A DNA stretch of 64,000 nt from Octopus sinensis. Taxonomy: Eukaryota. The notes beneath the pieces were generated by a model, which saw nothing but the letters and a program-made list of their open reading frames with translations, was not told the DNA's origin and searched no databases. The translations under genes and the position numbers were made by a program. Numbering within the stretch: position 1 is the stretch's first letter; each line of letters begins with the position of its first letter. The stretch spans positions 67,332,001 through 67,396,000 of the forward strand of contig NC_043002.1 of assembly GCF_006345805.1 (NCBI RefSeq). Reading direction: 5' to 3'. Shown one piece after another: positions 54,172-64,000 of this stretch.

Positions 54172-54345
54172 TAGTTGGAATTTACAAAAATCAAACAAAA
54201 AAGCAAAAGACGAAGTCAGGTATGTAAACAACAAACAGGTGTATTAGTTTAACACTCGGGGAGGTGAGAATGTCTTTTACGTTTCGAGCCTACGCTCTTC
54301 AACATAAAGGAACACGAGAAAATAAACAGAGAGAGAATAAAGAAA
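54172..54345 (-). mobile_element. Short PLE-pLTR-like element with hammerhead-like motif
   Basis: TTGAAGAgcgtaggctcGAAACGTAaaagac; related copy at 61810-61985. Confidence 0.55.
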
Positions 54346-54670
54346 GTTTTAGTGGTTAGCGATCGATCATGGCGATGATGGTCAAAAGCTTTGGTGGACC
54401 TGAAGCTATAGTAGAAGACACTCACTCAAGGTGCCACGCAGTGGAACTGAACCCGAAACCATATGATTGGGAAGCAAGCTTCTTACAACACAGCCATAAA
54501 TATATTCACCTCTCAGACCTCCTGGCTTTCAGTTGCATAAAAATGTGCATTATATTCCTCTGCACTATATGGTCTGCTAGCTGAGTCCAGTAGAGGAGCT
54601 TTCCGTGATAGCCGCAAAATTTTATGATTGTATATATTGCACTAGAAATGTATGTGTGTTTATATATACA

Positions 54671-54720
<50 letters not shown>

Positions 54721-54764
54721 CACATATATATATATGCACATGTATATGTATGCACACACACACA

Positions 54765-54835
<71 letters not shown>

Positions 54836-55160
54836 ATGTAATAGTTGGTTGTAACCAGTCAGGAAGTTACCATCGCTTTCTCACTTGTAATGCTCTTGGC
54901 AATATAAGCGAATCCACAGACCTGCTAGTCGGAGGCACATTACTTCTCTACTAAATGAGGTAGGAATACAGTCTTCGCATTCATAGCACATCAATATTTC
55001 GGGATTATGACTCCTTCTTGAAAAAATTCACGGAGAAAAGATGTTGTTAGCCTGTGTCTCTGCTCTGCATAAATTTCGATGAAGAGATGTACCAATCAAA
55101 ATATTTTAAGACCCGAACAATAAGCGGAAACTCAGAAACTAAATATGGAGTATGGAAGTA

Positions 55161-55543
55161 GGAGCACTCCGTCGGTTACGACGATGAGGGTCCCAGCTGA
55201 TACGATCAACGGAACAGCTTGCTCGTGGAATTAACGTGCAAGTGGCTGAGCATTCCACAGACACGTGTACCCTTAACGTAGTTCTCGAGGATATTTAGCG
55301 TGACACAGAGTGTGACAAGGCTGGCCCTTTGAAATACAGGTACAACAGAAACAGGAAGTAAGAGTGAGACAAAGTTGTGGTGAAAGAGTACACCAGGGAT
55401 CACCACCACCCCCTGCCGGAGCCTCGTGGGGCTTTTAGGTGTTTTCGCTCAATAAACACTCACAATGCCCGGTCTGGGAATCGAAACCGCGATCCTACGA
55501 CCGCGAGTCCGCTACCCTAACCACTGGGCCATTGCGCCTCCAC
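55161..55543 (-). mobile_element. SINE family D head with tail type 2
   Basis: 16-bp TSD atggagtatgga(a/t)gta at 55145-55160 and 55544-55559. Confidence 0.9.
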
Positions 55544-55994
55544 ATGGAGTATGGATGTAGGTTGTGAAAAGCATTTTTCTCTTACTAGTTACATCGAAAA
55601 CAATTCCATAGCGTAACATAATTAATATTGACAAGGATTTATCCAAATTACTATTGTACACGTTTCAATAATAGACTTATTATAAGTTCATATAATAAAC
55701 AGCTATCATTTCTTCGGCAATTGAATTTTAAATAAATGTTGGAATGAGTAAAAAATATAGCGTTGATAATCTACGTTGAAGAATATCTATTTGTTGCAAG
55801 ACTAAAGCTCCGACTACCATATTTTAAAACTCTGATGCAATATTCTTTGGTCACTCTGTCTTTGTTCAGAGCATTTCTATGAGATTCCTTTTCGTTAATA
55901 CCTACTTACTTGTATTTTGTGGAAGAACAAAGAGTTACATTCATAGAAATGAATGTTTCTAGCTTGGAAAATAGTTTTCCCACGTTTAATATCA

Positions 55995-56629
55995 TGTTCG
56001 TATGTAAGTATGTATGTACTTAAACATGTATGTGTATATGAATGTATTTACGTATGTATGTATGTATGTATGTATGTATGTATGTATGTATGTATGTATG
56101 TATCTATGTATGTACGTTTGTATGTATATATGTATGTTTGTATGAATGTATGTATGCATGTATGTATGTATGTATGTATGTGTGTGTGTATGTATGAATA
56201 CATGCATGCCTTTATATTTGTATGTATTTATGTATGTTAGTGTTTATGAATGTATGTATTATTATGTATTAATGTATGTATATATGTATTTATATTTGCA
56301 TGTATGTATGTATCTATGTATGTATGTTTGTATGTATATATGTATGTTTGTATGCATGCATGTGTGTATGTATGTATTTATATTTGCATGTATGTATCTA
56401 TGCATGTATGAATTTATGTGTGTATGTATGTATGTATGTATGTATGCATGCATGCATGCATGCATGCATGCATGAATGCATGTATGTATGTATGTATGTA
56501 TGTATGTATGTATGTATGTATGTATGTATGTATGTATGTATGTATGTATGCATGTATGTATGTATGTGTTTATGAATGTATGTATGTATTATACATGAAT
56601 GTATGTATATATGTATTTATATTTGCATG

Positions 56630-56658
<29 letters not shown>
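55995..56658. repeat. Compound (TATG)n/(CATG)n array
   Basis: Read directly. Confidence 0.93.
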
Positions 56659-56660
<2 letters not shown>

Positions 56661-57164
56661 TTTTCTTTAAAATTTTTGTTAAGGTTTCTCCTTTGCAAAA
56701 TCCAATAGCAATGTGACAAGCTACTTTTGTATAAATTTAGGCAAATTCCTGGTATTTATGAATATATGAATGAATCAGTGTGTGCACATATGTTGGTGCA
56801 TATGTCGATAAACTTGCACGCGTCTACTGCACGTGCGTGTATCTTTAGAACAAAAGTGTGTGTGTATGTGTGTGTCTGTCTGTCTGTCTGTCTGTGTGTA
56901 TGTGTGTGCGTGCGTGCGTGTGTGTTTCATTACTATTCGTATATGTATGTGTGTGTATACCGTATTCAAATGCAAATTGTGTACATATCTTCATTCCAGA
57001 AACCTCATATAGAGAATCCCTGGAATGTTTTGAAGATTTTCACCGTGCAACAAATCGATTATAATTGGAAAATACGAATTAGTTTTTGGCCTTCCTTGGA
57101 GAACCACATCATTTCCTCGCTTTCATACAAATCTCTTGTTGAATAGCCCAGTCTTAGTCTTAGT

Positions 57165-57500
57165 TCCTGTCGGACAACTGGTCATTGTATCGGGCAGCAA
57201 GACATCTCCGGCTACCCCGCTTTTGAGCATGGTTGCCTGCATCTTTCCAGATGATGCTAGGTTACTTCAAATCTTTGAAGATGGCACACCATGTCTTCTT
57301 AGATCTCTCTCTCCCTCTCTCCCTCTCCCCCTCCCTCTCTCTCTCTCTCTCTCTCCTTTTTTGTCACTTTCGCGGTATCTATTGTATAGCTGCCTTGGGT
57401 ATTCGCTCATCTTGCACGTTACAATCTCCAGCAAGCTGCACAGATTAGCTCTTCCCAAGACTTCAGTCCCTGCAGGTAATATTCTGCGTAGACATCATTG
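57165..57500 (-). mobile_element. RTE LINE 3' fragment split by (AG)n
   Basis: QLAGDCNVQDERIPKAAI...KKTWCAIFKDL...W...LAAR. Confidence 0.65.
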
Positions 57501-57659
57501 GTAGAATGCATCCGACCTCTGAGTTGATACAAATAAAAATCTATAGCTTAGATATAAGGGCAGTAAATTTCTTTTTATTTCACTTTTCTCTACTTTTAGA
57601 TGTGTCGTTCATATCAGCAGGAGAGCTGACCTCCATAACAGTGTATAACCTTTTTGTTT

Positions 57660-57972
57660 CTAGTCGGGCTCACAATCATGAGGTAGTGAATTCGATTCCT
57701 GGACTAGGCTATGTTTTCCGTTCTTTAGCAAGACACTTTATTTCACATTACTCCAGTTCACTCAGCTTTAGAAATGAGTTGCGACGTCACTGATGCCAAG
57801 TTGTATCGGCCTTTGTTTTTCCCTTGGATAAAATCGACAGCGTGGAGAGGAGAGCCTGATGTGCATGGGCGACTGCTGGTCTTCTATAAACAACCTTATC
57901 CAGACTTGTGCCTGAGAGGGTAACTTTCTAGGTGCAATCCCATGGTCACTCATGACCGAAGGGGGTCTTTTA
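57660..57972 (+). mobile_element. SINE family B-like head with tail type 4
   Basis: B box attcgattcc, core actccagttcactcagct, tail gtgcaatcccatggtcactcatgaccgaagggggtc. Confidence 0.7.
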
Positions 57973-58480
57973 GTCCCATACAATGATATCAGGTCAATTG
58001 TTTACACGTTGTTGCAAGTTTTATTGGAACGTAGTTCTTATTTTTAAGAGTATGAATGCATTCTGCGTCTGATATGCCTTTGGCATGACCATTGGAAAAA
58101 TTCTTCCAACGGATAACACTACGAATTAGTGTGTGCATATAAATGGTTTTATCAGTGTTATATCTCGTGGGCAAGCAGTACCTTGTAGACATTTTGGGGG
58201 GAATTTGCTGTGAATGTGGGTGAAGAAACCTTTTGTGGTATGGAGCAATCAATATTTTCTATCACAAAGTAAATGTTTAGAGGCATCCTGAACTTCCATA
58301 TTGATCAAGTATGCAGTCGCTGTCCCCTGTTACTAAATAGCAAAAGCATCGCTTTACAGCTGAGATGTGATGCATCTAACACAGATTCAGGAGCGGCTAC
58401 TCTTTCGGACAGAGTTGTTATTCTTTAGCTTGCTGAATATTTAACTATGCATAACTTTTTGCAAAGTTATATATCATATG

Positions 58481-58482
<2 letters not shown>

Positions 58483-58513
<31 letters not shown>

Positions 58514-59035
58514 TGTATGTATGTATGTATGTATGTATGTATGTATGTATGTATGTATGTATGTATGTATGTATGTGTTATGTATGTATGTATGTATGTA
58601 TGTATGTATGTATTTATGTATGTATATTTGTATGTATGTTTGTATGCATGCATGTATGTATGTATGTATTTATGTATGTATGTATGTATGTATGTATGTA
58701 TGTATTATGTATGTATGTATGTATGTATTTATGTATGTATATTTGTATGTATGTTTGTATGCATGCATGTATGTATGTGTGTATATTTGTATTTGTATGT
58801 ATGTATGTTTGTATGTATGTATATTTGTATGTATGTTTGTATGTATATTTCTATGTATGTATGTATGTATGTATATTTGTAAGTATTTTTGTATGTATGT
58901 ATATTTGTATGTATGTATATTTGTATGTATGTATGTATGTATGTATACATGCGTGGATGTTTATGCAAGAACTTATGTACGTGTGCATGTATATATGTAT
59001 GTTTGTGTTACGTCTGAATGAGTATATGTATGTAT
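58483..59035. repeat. Compound (TATG)n array
   Basis: Read directly. Confidence 0.93.
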
Positions 59036-59367
59036 GACTGACTGTTAATATGAATGTATTTATATAAAATATCAATCGCATAAGAAGTGAAACATTTAAT
59101 ACACCAAAATATAAAGTTTTGATGTGGCGTGAAATTTGGGAACATTCCCACAAATTCTCCGCACACGAAACGGGAATCAAACTTACTACCCCAGATCTAT
59201 TCTGCTTTAGGCTCGAGGCAAACAATTTTAAGCGGGGGGGGTAGTCGAAATGATAGACTCCAGTATATGATGGGTGCTTTTATCGGAAGGATGACAGGCA
59301 AAGTTGACCTAGGCGAGAATTGAACTCAGAGGAACACTACAACTTACTCTTATCCGACGCTCTAACC

Positions 59368-59565
59368 CGATGGTTCTCAAACCTTAAACATATCCGGGCT
59401 AGTTTCAAAACATGGGTTTCTTTAGAGGACCGCACCAAACAATGTAAAACATGAGTCAATTTAAGATAAATGTATTATATTTATAGAGAAAAGACCGTCG
59501 AGGGCTGCCGGAAGAGTACTTGAGGGCCAAATGCGTCCCTAGGAGCCTGCGATTGAGGATCACTG
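59368..59565. mobile_element. hAT-like MITE nested in a SINE C relic
   Basis: Perfect 8-bp TSD ctctaacc (59360-59367, 59566-59573); termini cgatggttctcaa / ttgaggatcactg. Confidence 0.82.
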
Positions 59566-59858
59566 CTCTAACCATTCTGCTAACTCACGCCATGGGCGAA
59601 ATTTATGTGGATAAGAACTTAAAAGAAACGCACAGAAATTCTTGAAACACGGGACAAAATGTTTCGGAAGTTTAATCTGGAAATAGAGAAACGCATTTGA
59701 GACTTCAATCAGACGTTCGATGGCCGTATCCAGTTATACACACAGCACCAGTTTTTAGCTGGAAATCGAAACTGGGACTCAGACTTCATTTATTGTTATT
59801 TTGTAATCTAACTCACACAAAAGATATGTTCGTGTTAATGTGTGTGAGAGAGGGGGGG

Positions 59859-59896
<38 letters not shown>

Positions 59897-59964
59897 CGAG
59901 AGAGAGCGAGAGAGAGCGAAATAACAAAATAAAGATGTGTGTGCACATAAATACCTGTTCTCTC

Positions 59965-60020
<56 letters not shown>

Positions 60021-61183
60021 TAGCTCTTTCCCTAACTCTATTTCTTTCTAGCTCTCACTCTCTCACTCTCTCTTTATCTTTCTCTATCTATCTATCTATC
60101 TATCTATCGTCCAATCTTTCTTTTCTCCTGAGATCTCTATCTTTCTCCCTATTTTCTTTCTTTCTCTATCTTTATCTTTCTCTCTCACCTTCTGTCTCTC
60201 TTTCTCTCTCTCTCTCCTTCTGTCTGTCTTTCTCTCTCTTTTTCTCTCTCTCTCTCTCTACTTCTGTCTCTCTCTCTCTCTTCTGTCTCTCTGTGTCTCC
60301 TTCTGTCTGTCTCTCTCTCTCACTTTCTCTCCCTCTCTCCTTCTGTTTCTCTCTCTCTTTACCTATTTTTATACACAAATTCCAATAACTTATTGATTTG
60401 AAACTCGCCATGACTTGTCCAAGCCAAGTGCAGAAGTTATCTTTTAGTAACTAATACCTCTTTTCTGTACACTTATGTATGCGTTGATGCATCTAACGTT
60501 TCCCAAAAACGTGCTTAGATAAACGAAATCCCGGTGGGTTTCCAAGCTCTTCGATTAAAAGAGGTCTGCTGATTCCTCTGTGACTTCATTAAATTCCAAA
60601 TTTGAATCAATTCTACAAACTGGTTGCGATGATGTGAAAATATTTTTTTAAAAATAACTATCAGCAAAACGCAAAGAAAATCAAAAATAAATGGCTGCGT
60701 CGATGAGAGACAGTGGAGAAGAGAAAGAGGAGTAGGGAGAGATAGGGAGAAAGAGAGAGAGAGAGACATTTACATTGGAAAGTGGACTGATGTTTGATAG
60801 AAAAGTAGGCCAATAGCAGAAATACTTATATAAAGTGGGTGAAGATGGATAATGGAGTAATACATAATCAAATTTAGGAAATAATTATAAGAATGGGTGG
60901 AATTAATGCGGATAAGAAGTTAAACTCAAAAATCTGAAAAAGTTGTCCAAACTGAAGGGGGAAAAAAATGTCCACTTAAATAAAGGTAAACATGATATTC
61001 AGACGATAAGAAATATTTTTTAACGGAAAACGTTAAGAGGGAGAAAAATTAGAACGAAAATAGATCTGAAAAGTCAATTGGGTGAAATAATAAGAAATAA
61101 TAATTGTATCTAATTTAGGCACAAGGTCAGTCATTTTGAGGGGAGGGGTTAGTTGATACCATCGAATAACTGGTACTTTGTTT

Positions 61184-61252
61184 GGATCTTTACCTTTTGA
61201 CCGACAGATTTAAATAATATTTTTTTGTAACTAAACACTTTCAAACTTCGGA
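61184..61252. mobile_element. Left-end fragment of the GGATCTTT foldback family
   Basis: ggatctttaccttttgaccgacag...gtaactaaacactttcaaacttcg. Confidence 0.65.
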
Positions 61253-61809
61253 AAGGATTAATAAGAGAAGAGAAAAGAACAAACGTGTCTCAATCTGTTG
61301 ATTATGCATGCTGAATGCATACACACTGCTTTCGAAATGGTGTTGCATAGCAACTGTCGTCGGAATTTTCTATCTGATCTCGCTATGGGACGAAATGTAT
61401 CTCATACATTCATTAATAAACTTTATTAATGGTCGAATCATCTGTATCTTTTATACAAGCCGTGATTATGCTAGATACTAACAAACTGTGATTTTACCAC
61501 GATCACTCGACTGATCCTGCAACGTTATTAGTGTGATATCCACAAATCTTGCGGGTGCCGCTGATATACGAAGTTCCTAGTCTTATTGTTAAAGGCATGA
61601 AACTAGGTATTAGTATTTTTCGGTCGATAAGTGATGAAGTATTAGGGTTCTGGTGTCTCTCCTACGTGTACATTTTGTAGTATTTAATGCATCTTTCATT
61701 TATGGAGTAACTGAACGCCATGCATCCCGACTTTTGTTAACAGTAAGTTTATATATGTATATATACATATATATGTTGATTCGTTAGCTACTGCACGCAT
61801 TTTTTTTCT

Positions 61810-61985
61810 CTCCTTCTTTCTGTGTTTTTCTCTCTCTGTGTATCTTTCTGTTGAAGAGCGTAGGCGAACACAAACGTTAAAGACTTGTTTTATTTATATT
61901 TCCTGAGCGCCATACTAATACAATTGTTCGTTTGTTTTCCACCTGCCTTCGTCTTTTGTTTATTTTCATAAGCTTTCCCGTTATA
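61810..61985 (+). mobile_element. Second copy of the short PLE-pLTR-like element
   Basis: ttgaagagcgtagg...aaacgttaaagac...ctaataca...cttcgtcttttg. Confidence 0.5.
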
Positions 61986-62167
61986 TATATATATATTATA
62001 TACATATAGATATATATACATATATAGATCTATATTATACATATATACATATATATATACATTATATATACATAGATATAATACATTAATATATCTATAA
62101 TAATAGATACATCATATATTATATAATAATATATATTATATATATATCAATATATATATATATATCT

Positions 62168-62214
<47 letters not shown>

Positions 62215-62547
62215 TACACCACACGCACGAACACACTCACACATACATGCTTGTATACGTATGCACATACATGCATAGACACATAAGTCCGTTCGTACGT
62301 ATATATACACATTTATACAAATATATACTGTGTCTATGTAAAGGAATTTATTTGTTTGTGTATATGTGCATGTATATATGTGCGTGCGTGTTTGTATGTG
62401 TATGCATGTATGAGTGCATGCATGCATGTAACCATCTATTCTTTAATTTCTTAAATAAACGATTATTTTACTGTAATCACATATATATACACACACACAG
62501 CCACACAGACACACAGATGTGTGTGTATGTGTGAGAGAGTGTGTGGT

Positions 62548-62615
<68 letters not shown>

Positions 62616-63663
62616 TTAAGTATTACATGGAAATCTTTTTGTCGGTATGAATGCTGTATACAGTCCAATGTACGTACAGCGGTAAATCTTGCACTGCTGT
62701 TCAATCATACTTCCAGATAAGCAATACAAATAGATTTGTGTCATAACTATCTATCGATATTGTGTGTATTGTGTATAAATTTAGATTTTCTATCGTTTAG
62801 ATCATAAGAAATTTAATAAAAGTGCAAAAATTTCAGCAGTAATCAAAATTCACTATTTTATTCTCTGTCCGTTTCCGAATTTGCCTCTTTCACTCATTTC
62901 TCTGATCGATAATGTTTATATTTATTTATTTAGTCATTCATTAAATTATTTATTTATTTCCTTTCTAGGTTATCGTTTTATGCTACAATTTGATCTACTC
63001 ATCGAAAACATTTATACTTTTATTAATAATATAAGAAATTTAATAAAACAAATTTAATTTTCATATGTGTGTCTGTGAATGTATGTATTTATACAAGCAT
63101 GTATATATGTAGATTTTATATATGAGGTTTTTTACTGCAGTCGTCTGCTTTGAGTTTTTCCCTCCCATTTACTTGCTCTCTCATTTCAGACAGTTTCTTT
63201 CGTTTGCTTTGATACATTTTTTATAATACAAAACCTAAAAACGAATTCTTTTGACTATACGTTTTCTGTTTCCTGTTCTCCTTATTGCTTGTCCAGACAT
63301 TCTTGCCCGACTGATTCTAGCATACCCCAGCCTAGATATTTTCTATCAATTGTTCATCTATATTCCTTTTCCTGATCATATATTTTATATCTTTTTAATT
63401 GTAATATTATTGTCTTCTAAATTCACTCAATTTCCTACAAAAATTTTGAGTTTTTTTTTTCATCTTAATATATTCATGTAGCTACGATTTAATATTCTGT
63501 ATCTCCTCATTCATTAAAATACGGACATGTACGAAGTCAATAGAAATATTTTCGTGTTTTATATTTAATTTATTATATTTTAATGAATGATGCCAAACTA
63601 ACATAACTTCTCAATAAACTGTGTTTGATAATCCCCGTTGAAATCATTTCGCTTAAATCCCTA

Positions 63664-63726
<63 letters not shown>

Positions 63727-64000
63727 CATAGATACATGTAAAGAAGTGGATGAACAGGAATTGTTTAAAGAAGTGAATTGGTGATTTATATGTTAACTAC
63801 GAGACGCCTATAACCCTCACTGGGCACTATATATAATTGTCTAACCGAAGTGTATATTTATTAGGTCCACTCTACATGTAATTATAAGTTTTGTGTAAGA
63901 TGAATAAAAAGAAAAGAACCTCAAATATAGCCATATGAAGAAAATGTGTATATAGTAATCCCTCGACTATCGCAGATGTTACGTTGCAGAAACGCCCGCG

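Noticed and set aside
58330-58410. LQLRCDAS...GAA motif resembling Gypsy RNase H
   Set aside because: Too short and degenerate, with no other LTR-element domains nearby.

Overview
AT-rich eukaryotic DNA, not prokaryotic: no CRISPR array, rRNA or intact tRNA. The SINE families and the dense (TA)n/(CA)n/(TATG)n microsatellites suggest a cephalopod (Octopus) genome; this is from recall of the repeats, not a database search. One host gene is supported, on the minus strand: a signal-peptide exon (24048-23982), an 11.25-kb intron, and a terminal exon (12729-12110). Spliced directly they give a 228-aa type I membrane protein with a DSGIES (beta-TrCP-type) motif in its tail. The rest is mobile DNA. 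There is a young, 5'-truncated Penelope-like retroelement (Naiad-like) with 1.1-kb inverted pLTRs, each carrying a minimal hammerhead ribozyme (269-3623). Two near-identical L1/Tx1 LINEs lie head-to-tail beside a 100-N gap (33544-43155). Older Tx1, RTE and Helitron relics, hAT-, piggyBac- and Merlin-like MITEs, and dozens of tRNA-derived SINEs with swapped head/tail modules fill the remainder. A recurring theme is about ten hammerhead or hammerhead-like motifs in different carriers, including one with a compensatory U3:A8 core and a half-motif attached to a tRNA-like head. Most ORF-track entries are microsatellite translations. SINE coordinates are approximate (about +/-10 nt).
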